Shown here: positions 19,341-28,166 of the stretch, one piece after another
How the letters are laid out: each line of letters starts with the position of its first letter
Position numbering within the stretch: the stretch's first letter is position 1
DNA from: an uncultured virus (IMG/VR IMGVR_UViG_3300007754_000002)
Taxonomy: Duplodnaviria; Heunggongvirae; Uroviricota; Caudoviricetes
IMG/VR virus record: IMGVR_UViG_3300007754_000002
Strand: one strand, 5' to 3'
DNA: 64,000 bases
Made by a program: the position numbers and the translations under genes
The notes under the pieces: generated by a model
Database searches by the model: none
The model's input: the letters and a program-made list of their open reading frames with translations, nothing else
What the model was told of the DNA's origin: nothing

Positions 19341-19810
19341 TCATCGTAAAGGCTTCCCGAGAGCGGGAGTGGGTGTGTGGCGTGTTCCGGCAGGGATGCG
19401 GTGGGGAAGTGGACGCCTACCTCGCCCGCTGTCGAGAGCAGCAGCCGGGTCTGTCCTTCTGGGTAGAGGAAGCCCTGGTCCACAGTTTCCCCCTGTTCAT
19501 CCTGGTCCGAGAGGTTCACCGAGGCCCGCGGGAGGGCCTCCCCGATCTGGTCTGGACCTTCCATTCGGAGAAGGATGCCCGATCCCGAGTATCCGCGATC
19601 CCCTGGGAGGAGACCGAGGAAGAAGACGAGCGGATCTTCGCGACGGTTTACCGGGTCCGGGGCCCCTGGCAGCCGCCGCATGACAAAGCCGGGTTGAACT
19701 ACATCGGGGGGCTGGAGTCGAAGGAAATCACGGGATCTGACCTGCGATACATCGATCTGGTAGGGGACCCGGTCGAGCCCGTCTGGTTCCCTCCCCTGGA
19801 CATGTCCTGA
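19337..19810 (+). CDS. Hypothetical protein
   Basis: GTGA overlap; SD AAGGAG. Confidence 0.5.
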   Translation: MIIVKASREREWVCGVFRQGCGGEVDAYLARCREQQPGLSFWVEEALVHSFPLFILVREVHRGPREGLPDLVWTFHSEKDARSRVSAIPWEETEEEDERIFATVYRVRGPWQPPHDKAGLNYIGGLESKEITGSDLRYIDLVGDPVEPVWFPPLDMS

Positions 19811-20064
19811 TGGTGAAAGTCTCCACCCCCCTGCTCCAGGTTCTCCACGCTGTCCTGCAAGAGACCCTCCGACTGGTTTCGGTAGATACCATCTACAGGG
19901 ACTCAGAGGGTGTTCAAGCTCTCTTGGAGCCTCTTATAGAGCTGACTGAAAGAGTCGAGGCACCCGGCCGATGGTGGACGCCTTGTCCCTAGCCAGTCTC
20001 ACTGAGTTGAAGCTCCGCAGCGTGGAACTTGAATATCTCTTCGATCTGATTCTTGGGGGCTGGT

Positions 20065-20475
20065 ATGGCGTCCTATGACGTGTTCCTGAACCAACTCAAC
20101 AGCGAGATCTGGGAGGTCACTCGGGGGAACCAGTTCAATATAACCACCGAGACCCGCAGACTCACTCAGGTGGAGTGGTCCTCCGTCCAGAGGATTATGA
20201 GGGAGCACGATATCGCCGTCGAGCCCTTCAACGCCTGCATGGGCTTCGGGTGCGGTATCCGTCTGCTGGAGCCCCCGCTGTACCCTGGGATGACCCCTCG
20301 GTTGCTGAGCGCGGTCACCCAGGTCCACCTCCCCCCAACGGAGGGGCGGGATCGGGTAGGCTTTGATGAGGGGTGGGAGAGGTTCCGCGAGTTCTTCGAC
20401 ACGGAGCGGAATCGAGAACTGCTGACCTTCTGCGGGATCAGGCACCCGCGTCCGAAATCCTATTACGAGTACTAG
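20065..20475 (+). CDS. Hypothetical protein
   Basis: ORF, MASYDVFL... Confidence 0.5.
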   Translation: MASYDVFLNQLNSEIWEVTRGNQFNITTETRRLTQVEWSSVQRIMREHDIAVEPFNACMGFGCGIRLLEPPLYPGMTPRLLSAVTQVHLPPTEGRDRVGFDEGWERFREFFDTERNRELLTFCGIRHPRPKSYYEY

Positions 20476-20733
20476 CGGTGCGGGCACCTCTCGTAGGAAT
20501 CAACGGCTGCACCTGTCACCTGTTCGACGGTCCCCAGCTCTGCGTCGCCTGTAAGGGTCGAGCCAAAGGATTGGAAGCAGGCCGGTCCTGTCGGGCCTGT
20601 GGTCTCGGTCTTCTGTCGTCAGAAGACGATCGGTGCTCGCGGTGTGAGGTAGAAGACCGGGATCCTCCACCTCCCTGGGGATACCGGGGAACGCCGCCTT
20701 ACGGGTGGCGGGGAAAATAACCTAGGAGACTCA

Positions 20734-21168
20734 ATGGCTACCTTCTACATCGCCGCCACTGTCACCCGCTGGCGGGAGCACAACCTCGTCCGGGATATCC
20801 TGACGGAAGGCGGCCATGAGATTACAATGGACTGGACCAGTCACGGGAACAACGGCAGCCTCCGAGGTCAGACTCAAGCAGCCTGGGAGCGAGCGGCTGC
20901 CGACGAAGCGGAGGGGGTAGCTGGGGCTCAGTTTTTCGTGGGTCTCTTGCCCGGCGGGTTCGGAACCAATGGAGAGGTGGGTATGTCCGCTCTCCTGAAG
21001 ATGCCGACCTTCCTCCACAGCACCGACCCGAGGTTGTTCGACTGCGGGCAGGAGGGTCTGACCACCACCTTCTACTGGCACCCCGGGGCCCGTCGCTACA
21101 CCGACCTCAGCTTGGAAGCGTTTGCTCATGAGGTGCTCCGACAGGTGGACCTGCTTGACTTGGATTGA
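20734..21168 (+). CDS. Nucleoside 2-deoxyribosyltransferase-like protein
   Basis: FYIAA...DW...D..GV..A...GTNGEVG pattern; SD AGGAG. Confidence 0.6.
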   Translation: MATFYIAATVTRWREHNLVRDILTEGGHEITMDWTSHGNNGSLRGQTQAAWERAAADEAEGVAGAQFFVGLLPGGFGTNGEVGMSALLKMPTFLHSTDPRLFDCGQEGLTTTFYWHPGARRYTDLSLEAFAHEVLRQVDLLDLD

Positions 21169-21745
21169 CCGAGGCGACGGATTCAAACAGATCTCTGCCT
21201 GATTGGATGGCTTCGTAGTATTCCTCCCACGCCATCTCTCCCTCGTGGTAGTCATCCTCGTCATCCTCGTCGTCCAGAATGTCGTCAGGGTCATATTGGA
21301 TGATGATCCCGATCTCGTAATGGCGCCGTAGGGTCTCGGCCTCAGGGGCGTCCGTGTACTCGGAGAGAACCCAGACTTCAACCTCGCAGGCTTCCCGCTC
21401 CGCTTCCGAGCCCTCGTCCGGGTTCAGGCTCCAGTTATACCCCTCTGGGGATCCAGCCTTCCTCCAGGCTACCGCGTGCCCCAGCTCGTGAGCCAGGGCT
21501 TCAGTAGAGGCGTTGTGACTGACATAGAGGGTGTCGTTGTAGGAGAACGCAGCGTAGGGAGACCCCTCCATAGCGACCCTCCCTTCACCGGTTCGGAAAG
21601 CCCTGAAAGTGTCGATCACCAGCCCCCACGCGATAGCCTTGACCCGGACTCCTACCCGCTCGAAAAGCGAAAGGAGGGGCGCCCATGACGCCGGCAAGGG
21701 CTCCGCAGGCAGCCCCTCAGCCGTCAGATGAAGTGTGGTTTTCAT
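21107..21745 (-). CDS. ImmA/IrrE-like zinc metallopeptidase
   Basis: LAHELGH followed by EREAC. Confidence 0.6.
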   Translation of the reverse strand: MKTTLHLTAEGLPAEPLPASWAPLLSLFERVGVRVKAIAWGLVIDTFRAFRTGEGRVAMEGSPYAAFSYNDTLYVSHNASTEALAHELGHAVAWRKAGSPEGYNWSLNPDEGSEAEREACEVEVWVLSEYTDAPEAETLRRHYEIGIIIQYDPDDILDDEDDEDDYHEGEMAWEEYYEAIQSGRDLFESVASVNPSQAGPPVGAPHEQTLPS

Positions 21746-22505
21746 CGGCCACCTGAGCGACGGTTTGGACGGGGGCGAGTACCATCTGGTTAGCCCAGGT
21801 GGTCACCGAGCTACGGACCTCGTATCCCCGTGAAGGCGGGAGGTATCGGATGCGGTCTCCGTTCACGGAGAGCACCTCTCGGTTGTCCACCACATCCCCG
21901 GGGATGGGAGTCAAGCGAGCGTCAATCTCCATCCGAGTGCCATCCCGCAGGGCCTCCGATAGGGTTCGCATCGCGAGGAAGATGGCTTTCTTAGACTCCC
22001 GAGAGCCCCCCTCTTCCCCGAGATAATCGTCCATCAAAGCGAGCTTCCCCCGCCGATAGGTATCCCACCAATCGAGCATCCAGAGGGCCTCTTTCTCATA
22101 GAGATGCTTGGTGCCAGCAGGGGCGGTTTCCTGACACTTGTGGACATAGGGCATCGCCCCGTCATCTCCCTCCTGACACTCGACGTAGAGGTCATCGCTG
22201 TCCACCAGAATCCCGTAGCGAACCCAGCCGATGCCGGGGTCTCCGTCATCGAGGATCCCATGACTCACCAGACTGACCACCAGCCCCATCCGGCTGAGGA
22301 CACTCTCCGTGGACTGCATGTAGCCGTAGCCCGTTGGGATCAGGTACCCGAGCATGTCACCCAGGGAAGGACTCACCAGGAGCCTGAGAACCAGCTCGCG
22401 GACCTCATCGTCGTTCTTCATCAGCCGACGCAGGCGAGCGAGACTACCCGCATACTCTCTCTGGATCCGCCTGTGCTCAAGCATGACAGGGTCCATCCGG
22501 GACAC
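21717..22505 (-). CDS. Hypothetical protein
   Basis: SD GAGGAG; promoter motif at 22521-22543. Confidence 0.65.
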   Translation of the reverse strand: MSRMDPVMLEHRRIQREYAGSLARLRRLMKNDDEVRELVLRLLVSPSLGDMLGYLIPTGYGYMQSTESVLSRMGLVVSLVSHGILDDGDPGIGWVRYGILVDSDDLYVECQEGDDGAMPYVHKCQETAPAGTKHLYEKEALWMLDWWDTYRRGKLALMDDYLGEEGGSRESKKAIFLAMRTLSEALRDGTRMEIDARLTPIPGDVVDNREVLSVNGDRIRYLPPSRGYEVRSSVTTWANQMVLAPVQTVAQVADENHTSSDG

Positions 22506-22720
22506 CTCCTCTGCCTCTCTATACGAGTCAGCCTGAAAGATTCCCAGCAGATCTTTGCCGGGTGCCCGGTAAAGAGTCCTGGTGCCCCAGACCTGTTCAA
22601 AATGCCGCGACTCCGGCTACGACCGCTTCTACCGGGGCGGTCGTGTCGAGCGACGGGCGTGCTCCTGCTCAGCAGGCAGGAGGGCTCTCTGGCGAGAGTA
22701 CCGAGCGGTACAGGGGATTC

Positions 22721-22933
22721 TCAATCCCTGTACAAAGAAACCTCTGATTGCCTCGCCCGACGAGCCGGAGCCCGAGGAGCCCTGAGCTGGGCTCGAACCA
22801 GGGAGTAGTTGATCCCCACCCAGATAGGGAGCAGCGACACCATGTAGCTCAAGTCGAGGGGCCCGGCGAAGTGGACGGCTACCATGAAAGCAACCATCCC
22901 CACGCCCCAGATCAGGTCGCCGGCAACTTTCAT
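22721..22933 (-). CDS. Small membrane protein
   Basis: Two hydrophobic segments; SD AGGAGG; promoter motif just upstream. Confidence 0.5.
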   Translation of the reverse strand: MKVAGDLIWGVGMVAFMVAVHFAGPLDLSYMVSLLPIWVGINYSLVRAQLRAPRAPARRARQSEVSLYRD

Positions 22934-22974
22934 TTGAACCTCCTGGTTACTTATACGACCAGGAGATCAAAAGA

Positions 22975-23262
22975 TTAGGGGGAAATTTTCGGTATCCTTC
23001 TGGAATCCGGCTCGATGAGGAGCCAACGGAGAGGGAGGGTCAGGTAGCCGGAGTCCAAATCCCCGTAGTAGGAGATTTCGTAGCTCACACCGAAGGTCGC
23101 GTTGTCAGGGTCAGACCAGTCGGTACACTCGAAATCGAGCCGGTTGACGTAGAAGTCGCCCTGAGGCTGACGGAGTCGCGTGTACTTCTCCGCAATCTCG
23201 CTCGCCTTCTCTTCGATCTCCTGGTACTGCTCAATCGCAGCCTGCATCTGCTGGAGGGTCAT
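22975..23262 (-). CDS. Hypothetical protein
   Basis: ATGA overlap with the upstream gene. Confidence 0.55.
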   Translation of the reverse strand: MTLQQMQAAIEQYQEIEEKASEIAEKYTRLRQPQGDFYVNRLDFECTDWSDPDNATFGVSYEISYYGDLDSGYLTLPLRWLLIEPDSRRIPKISP

Positions 23263-23690
23263 GCTACCCTCCCGAACTTCCGGAAGGCCGATGCCGTCCG
23301 ACTGGCTTCAGCCACGATGAAGTTGCTGAGAATCTTCTGTTCCCAGGCGTTGTAGTCCGCCTCGGCGTCGGCCAGGAGGGCCGCCAGCCGCTCGTCGCCC
23401 TCGGAGGCGTGCCGCTCCATGATGGAGCGGATCCGGTCGAACCCCGGCAGGTTCTCCGGGCGGGAGGTTTCGGACTCCATGTCGCGCATGGACTTGCCGC
23501 GAAGGAAGCCGTAGGCGAGGAGCCGGACGCGGCTGTCGTAGTCGATCGCGGCCCGCTGAGCGGACCAGCGAGCGGTGCCCACGAGATCGCGGGCCTTGAT
23601 CCTGCCCTCCCGGGTCTCCGTGGTCGAAGTCTTGATGGCTTCGCGGAGAGAGGACAGCTCGTGACGGGTGTAGGTAGTACGGGTGCTCAT
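23259..23690 (-). CDS. Phage protein with an LAYGFLRG motif, downstream of the amber leader
   Basis: 143 aa; strong GC3 bias; RLLAYGFLRGKS..ME. Confidence 0.75.
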   Translation of the reverse strand: MSTRTTYTRHELSSLREAIKTSTTETREGRIKARDLVGTARWSAQRAAIDYDSRVRLLAYGFLRGKSMRDMESETSRPENLPGFDRIRSIMERHASEGDERLAALLADAEADYNAWEQKILSNFIVAEASRTASAFRKFGRVA

Positions 23691-23795
23691 TTGGTTTCCA
23701 GGTTGGGTTGTTGGTGAATCGTGAGAGTCAACAACCCGGCCCGGGGGACCGCGAGCGAGAGCTACCTAGGTGTGGTGGGAGTCGAAGGTCATCAT
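23691..23795 (-). promoter_or_regulatory. Leader ORF MMTFDSHHT-TAG-VALARGPPGR..., in frame with the downstream gene, with a hairpin
   Basis: SD AAGGAG; TAG at 23768-23766; RGPP at 23753-23742; 9-bp stem 23737-23729/23713-23705. Confidence 0.65.
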
Positions 23796-23814
23796 GTGCT
23801 CCTTGCGATAAGGT

Positions 23815-23837
23815 ATACGACCGAGTCTGAGAAATTC
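23815..23837 (-). promoter_or_regulatory. Phage promoter motif GAATTT-N11-TCGTAT
   Basis: Recurrent motif. Confidence 0.7.
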
Positions 23838-23860
23838 AACGCCGAAGTTGGAAATTTTTA

Positions 23861-23933
23861 TGAGGGTGACAGGACTCGAACCCGCATCCACGATTTTTAG
23901 AGAATCGCTGCTCTACCCTTGAGCTTCACCCTC
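23861..23933 (-). tRNA. tRNA with CUA anticodon (amber suppressor), 6-bp anticodon stem
   Basis: GAGGGTG AA GCTC-AAGGGTA-GAGC A GCGATT-CTCTAAA-AATCGT GGAT GCGGG-TTCGAGT-CCTGT CACCCTC A. Confidence 0.88.
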
Positions 23934-23937
23934 AGAA

Positions 23938-24013
23938 CATCCCTGGAGGGAATCGAACCCTCTCTAATCACAAGGTTTTAGAGACCTCGGCTCTGCCATT
24001 GAGCTACAGGGAC
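23938..24013 (-). tRNA. tRNA with CUA anticodon (amber suppressor), extended variable region
   Basis: GTCCCTG TA GCTC-AATGGCA-GAGC C GAGGT-CTCTAAA-ACCTT GTGATTAGA GAGGG-TTCGATT-CCCTC CAGGGAT G. Confidence 0.88.
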
Positions 24014-24023
24014 ATGCTCTTAT

Positions 24024-24046
24024 ATACGAGCGGGGCGGGGGGATTA
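24024..24046 (-). promoter_or_regulatory. Promoter motif for the suppressor-tRNA pair
   Basis: TAATCC-N11-TCGTAT ending 10 nt before the tRNA 5' end. Confidence 0.6.
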
Positions 24047-24790
24047 TCAGCCTCGCGGGTCTCCGCCCCAATCTTCTTCTCGGATGATCCTGGGGAGGCC
24101 CCAGATGTGGGCCTGATAGTTGATGACCCACCGGAGGTGTCTCAGGACAGCGGTTCTCTCGACGTTCGTGGTGGGGGGGACCAGGGCAAATTCCCCCCAC
24201 TCATCATCCTTACAGATGGAGAAAGCCGCGTGGAAAGACCGGGGGCCCCAGACCACCTCCGCGGTGGCTACGGGGAGCCCCTCTTCCAGGTCTTCCTCCA
24301 GGTCTCGGGCAGCCTTCCTCGCTGTGAAGTCCACTATCCCATCCTTCTCAGCCTGGAAGACCATGTCTCGGGCTTTGACCTGGAGCCGGGCGAGTCCGAG
24401 CGAGGTGTGTTGCTCTACAGGACGCTCAGGGGGCGTGACTACCCGCTGGATGACCCGCTTGGTCTTGAAATAGGTGACGTTCCCTTTCGTGGTCTGCTCT
24501 TCAGACCTACCCTCAGACCAGCTCTCCGTCCCCCCAGGGACCACCCCTCCCCCCAGACAGATCGGGCACTCCTCTCGGGGAACAACCCGAATCGGGCTCC
24601 CCAGGTCCAGCCCGTGCCGGAAGGCACCCCTGGAGCAGGTGCAGTAGACCGTGGGGATGACCCCCGTGTCTTTGCACTTCAGACATTCTGATTTATGGGG
24701 GCTGCCGTTGGGGAGATAGACCCAGCCCCTCTCGTGGAGGGTGAAGGCTTCTTCTCCGATCTCGCAGTCGCAATAAAGCGGATCACTCAT
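24047..24790 (-). CDS. Hypothetical protein with Cys-rich Zn-binding repeats
   Basis: CDC, CLKC..G, CTC, CPICLG. Confidence 0.55.
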   Translation of the reverse strand: MSDPLYCDCEIGEEAFTLHERGWVYLPNGSPHKSECLKCKDTGVIPTVYCTCSRGAFRHGLDLGSPIRVVPREECPICLGGGVVPGGTESWSEGRSEEQTTKGNVTYFKTKRVIQRVVTPPERPVEQHTSLGLARLQVKARDMVFQAEKDGIVDFTARKAARDLEEDLEEGLPVATAEVVWGPRSFHAAFSICKDDEWGEFALVPPTTNVERTAVLRHLRWVINYQAHIWGLPRIIREEDWGGDPRG

Positions 24791-25206
24791 TCAGAGAGCA
24801 CCTTGAGCAGGGTGGCAGCAACCTCCTCCGTGAGTCCGGTCGCCCATAGGGTCTGCACCCAGATAACCGTCTTCAGGGGCTCTCGCGGCCCGTCATCTTG
24901 AAGGAGGACCACTTTCCCTTGGGGGTACGACTTCCGAGCCCAGGTGTCGATCGGCGGCTTGTGGTTGGTTCCGGTCGTGAACACCACCGGGTCCAGAGTC
25001 CAACCGGCCTCGGAGAGGGCTCGATTGAATGCCACCAGACCGCGAGCATTCCAAGCGGAGTGGAGGATCACTCGGAGGTCGGGGACAGCTCCCACCACAC
25101 TTTGAAGGCGGGCGACCAGGGCGGGCTCAAGCTTACCTGAGCCCAGCCGGCTCAGGGTCGCGGGAGTGATGAGGACGCCATCCACATCGAGGAGGAGGAT
25201 TTTCAA
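24787..25206 (-). CDS. HAD-family phosphatase (RNA-repair HAD-like)
   Basis: LLLDVDGVL, HSAW, LQDD, GLT. Confidence 0.7.
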   Translation of the reverse strand: MKILLLDVDGVLITPATLSRLGSGKLEPALVARLQSVVGAVPDLRVILHSAWNARGLVAFNRALSEAGWTLDPVVFTTGTNHKPPIDTWARKSYPQGKVVLLQDDGPREPLKTVIWVQTLWATGLTEEVAATLLKVLSE

Positions 25207-25412
25207 GACTTCTCCACCAGGATGGAGCCGCCACGGCGGCTGTTCATCACGTAGATGAAGCGAACCTCTCCGGGAGGGCTCTCGGCTTCACGAAGAGCTG
25301 CGGCAGCCGCAGAGCCCTCCCCCATGATCCGAGCCTGCTTTTCGATCTCTTCTCGGGACCTCACCCGGGCTCTCCCAGAGCGAAGCCAGGACTCAACGGT
25401 GTCTTGGTTCAT
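25203..25412 (-). CDS. Hypothetical protein, predicted leaderless
   Basis: ATG exactly 8 nt after TCGTAT. Confidence 0.55.
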   Translation of the reverse strand: MNQDTVESWLRSGRARVRSREEIEKQARIMGEGSAAAAALREAESPPGEVRFIYVMNSRRGGSILVEKS

Positions 25413-25434
25413 GCCACTCTATACGAGTGACCGA

Positions 25435-25998
25435 TTAGAATTCCCCTTGAGAAATCCTCTTGTAGACCTCTCGGGTGTCCAGGGCGTCTTTCATCGCCCG
25501 GTGAGCCCCTTCCGGCTCAATCCCGAGGAACGGTCGAATAACCCGGAGAGAGAGGCTATCCAGCCCCCTCGGGACCAGGACCATGTACGCGAGGGCGACG
25601 GTATCAACGCGGTGGTATGGGAGGGCGAGGGTCTTCCCCGCCACCCGGAAGCCAGCTTCGATGAAGCCCACGTCGAAGTTGATGTTGTGACCCACCAGGA
25701 CACCACCCTGGAGCTTTTCAGCCAGGGTGTCCGCGATATCGTCGAACAACGGAGCGTCATCCCACAGCTCAGGATTCGCCTTGTACCCGTTCACTTCCAA
25801 CGCCTTGGGGTGGGCCGTATCGATCCGCGTCGGCTTCACCCGGGTCTCCCACTTGTCGAGGATCTCCAGCGTGGTGGGATCACATCGGACTACGGCGACC
25901 TCAAGAATCTCATGAATCCTTGAGTCGAGCCCCGTGGTCTCGGTGTCGATGAAGAGGAGGGGACGTTGGTTCAGGGGTGTGTTAGTCATGACCCTCAT
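25435..25998 (-). CDS. DEDDh 3'-5' exonuclease (DnaQ-like)
   Basis: IDTETTG, GHNINFD, AHRAMKD. Confidence 0.9.
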   Translation of the reverse strand: MRVMTNTPLNQRPLLFIDTETTGLDSRIHEILEVAVVRCDPTTLEILDKWETRVKPTRIDTAHPKALEVNGYKANPELWDDAPLFDDIADTLAEKLQGGVLVGHNINFDVGFIEAGFRVAGKTLALPYHRVDTVALAYMVLVPRGLDSLSLRVIRPFLGIEPEGAHRAMKDALDTREVYKRISQGEF

Positions 25999-26302
25999 AT
26001 ACCCACGTTAGTCCTCCTATAGGACGGGCTCTATGTCGAAGCAGTCCCCTTCCGATTGGAGAGATCTCTCATGGCAACCCGCTCCACGACCTCCGAGTAC
26101 CAGCCCATCCCCCCCGCCAATCGGATCCGTTCCCGGAATCAGGGTCAGCCCACGGGGAAGATCTCCCTGCACCAGAACACCCCGACCCGGACCATGAACC
26201 CGGGCCCCAACATGTGCTGTGCCCCCACAGGCGGGACTACCACCGGGAAGAGCATCCGACCCAAGGCGGGCTGATCCCGAGCCCTCAGGGGTATCACCTG
26301 AG

Positions 26303-26938
26303 GTGAAGCTTTGGACTCTACAGCCTGTCTCCCGCCTCGTTGACCTGGAGCGGGATCAGATTATCCGGGGCTCGGAAGAGCACGGGATGTTCTTCAAGGA
26401 TCTCCCGCACGCCTATCCCTGGATGGTGGCTCAGATGACCAAGAGACTCCCTGCGTTCAGCGGGGAGTTTCCTGTTTGGGCCTGGACGAAGCGGAAAGAC
26501 CTCCGCCTTGCTCGGTGGGAGTGCGACGTAGGCTCCTGGCACGTCCAGATTGGTTTTGAAGCCCCCGCCGACAAGGTGTTGCTGTCGAACTTCGACCTCT
26601 GGCACTGCGTCCTGAACAACTCCCCCGCCACACTCTCGGAATCAGAGTGGGATCGCTGGCATCAGCGATGGGATGCTCGTCTCAGCCGAAAGGGCATTCT
26701 CCAGATGATCAAGGAGGCGTCGGAACGGGGAGTCAGCCCTCCCGACCTCGCCAACGAGCTGGAACGAGCCTACGAAGAAAGTCTCCGAGCGACCTGGGAT
26801 CGGATCTTCGACCTCTCCCCGGAAGGAGATTCGGAATGGCTGGGCGAAGTGCCTCCGGTCGTACAGGCGTGCGTGGACGGCTTACGGGCTCCCTGGGTGA
26901 CCTCGGTAGAGCTGTTTCAGGGAGCCCGTAAGGACTAG
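26303..26938 (+). CDS. DUF3841-like protein
   Basis: AYPWM..QM, PVWAW, LLSNFDLWHCVLN. Confidence 0.65.
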   Translation: MKLWTLQPVSRLVDLERDQIIRGSEEHGMFFKDLPHAYPWMVAQMTKRLPAFSGEFPVWAWTKRKDLRLARWECDVGSWHVQIGFEAPADKVLLSNFDLWHCVLNNSPATLSESEWDRWHQRWDARLSRKGILQMIKEASERGVSPPDLANELERAYEESLRATWDRIFDLSPEGDSEWLGEVPPVVQACVDGLRAPWVTSVELFQGARKD

Positions 26939-27636
26939 GCGGCTTCTCTTTCGCGGCGAAATCGCTCCAGGTCGATGACCTTGTCTCCAGTGAGGAGACC
27001 CCCCTTCCCGTAAACCATCCCCCCCTCTCGGAGAGTGATGTTCGCGTAGGAGCGGAAGACCTCTTCTGCGGCCTCGATCATCAACTTCTGGGCGAGCATG
27101 GAGTCCCCGACGGGGACGTCCCTCGGCTGGATGCAGAGGCTCTCGATCCACTGGCCGGTCTGCTTGTTGACGACCTTGACATTCCCGTGGGTCCCCTTGC
27201 TGATGCGGTAGCGGCGTCCAGAATCAGCGTCTACGAAGAAGTGTCCGCGATGGCTGAGGTCCCGATTCTGCTGGTCAGAGAGGCAAGACCGCAGAAGCGT
27301 CATCGCCCGCTCAGCAGCCTCAGCCTTCTTCTTCCGCTCCGCCTCCCGAGCAGCTCGCCAGTTGTCGCTCTGAACCGTATGACGAACTTGCGGCGGCTCT
27401 GCCGTCGCGAGACGGACCCAATCCATCCAAACGAGATCGCTCGTGGTTGTGGTCGTCGCCGTGGAGTTGTCCGTAGCCCAGATTCCCCATGTGTCCGTAG
27501 CCGCCGTCGTAACGGCAGTGTTCTCCGCCCACCGTCTCCAGACAAGCTGCGTCGCAGCCGTGTTTGTTACGGTGGTGGCGGTTGAGCCTCCGGACCACAC
27601 CCGCCAAACTCTATGGGTGTCTCCTGCGTAAGGCAC
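26935..27636 (-). CDS. Hypothetical protein, partner of the GG-terminated protein
   Basis: Thr-rich W..W repeats; C-terminal domain GRRYRI..G..GNV...LC...GD.MLAQKL. Confidence 0.65.
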   Translation of the reverse strand: MPYAGDTHRVWRVWSGGSTATTVTNTAATQLVWRRWAENTAVTTAATDTWGIWATDNSTATTTTTSDLVWMDWVRLATAEPPQVRHTVQSDNWRAAREAERKKKAEAAERAMTLLRSCLSDQQNRDLSHRGHFFVDADSGRRYRISKGTHGNVKVVNKQTGQWIESLCIQPRDVPVGDSMLAQKLMIEAAEEVFRSYANITLREGGMVYGKGGLLTGDKVIDLERFRREREAA

Positions 27637-27641
27637 CGAGC

Positions 27642-27956
27642 TTACCCGCCCGCGAGAGGCGGGCTCAGGATGATCTTCTCCAGGGAGGGATCAAACTCAC
27701 GGATGATCTCCCCCTTGCTCCCGTCCTTCTTGTCCACGGTGTAGGCGAGGTACCCCTTTGCCCGCATCCGATCGAAGGTTGCCCGGACCTCGTCCACCTC
27801 GTCTTCGTTGCGGCTATCCCAGACGTACTTCAAGTCGCCGGTCCTGTCCATCACAGCCAGGATCCCCTTGAACGGGTCGGCCAAAATCTCCGGGACCTTG
27901 GAGTGATCCTCCAGAAGGGTCTTCGCGGGGGCGGGGGTGACAGCGTTCTCGTCCAA
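27642..27956 (-). CDS. Small protein ending in PPLAGG
   Basis: SD AGGAGG; C-terminal di-glycine. Confidence 0.65.
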   Translation of the reverse strand: MDENAVTPAPAKTLLEDHSKVPEILADPFKGILAVMDRTGDLKYVWDSRNEDEVDEVRATFDRMRAKGYLAYTVDKKDGSKGEIIREFDPSLEKIILSPPLAGG

Positions 27957-28166
27957 GGGGACCTCCTATGTGGAGGGGAAGGTGTCCGCGTATCCCTTCC
28001 CGCTGGTGGTGGACTACGACAACAACCGGGTTCGTCCGGCGAGGCACGCAAAGCCCTCGTTCGTGATCAGGAACGAAGCCCCGGCCCCCGCCGAGGCTCC
28101 TTCGGAGTGACTCGGTGGTAGTTCAATCGGTACGGGTGAAGAGAAACGCCCTCCCGAGAGGACACC

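Noticed and set aside
23861..24013. tRNA-Pyl (CUA anticodon, CUCUAAA loop, 6-bp stem)
   Set aside because: Both tRNAs have canonical GG-containing D-loops, TTCGA T-loops and a 2-nt acceptor/D linker, which tRNA-Pyl lacks. No pylS/B/C/D genes are in the window.
28040..28060. c-di-GMP-I riboswitch-like ACGCAAAGCC
   Set aside because: The upstream GGCAAAC and GNRA stem are missing
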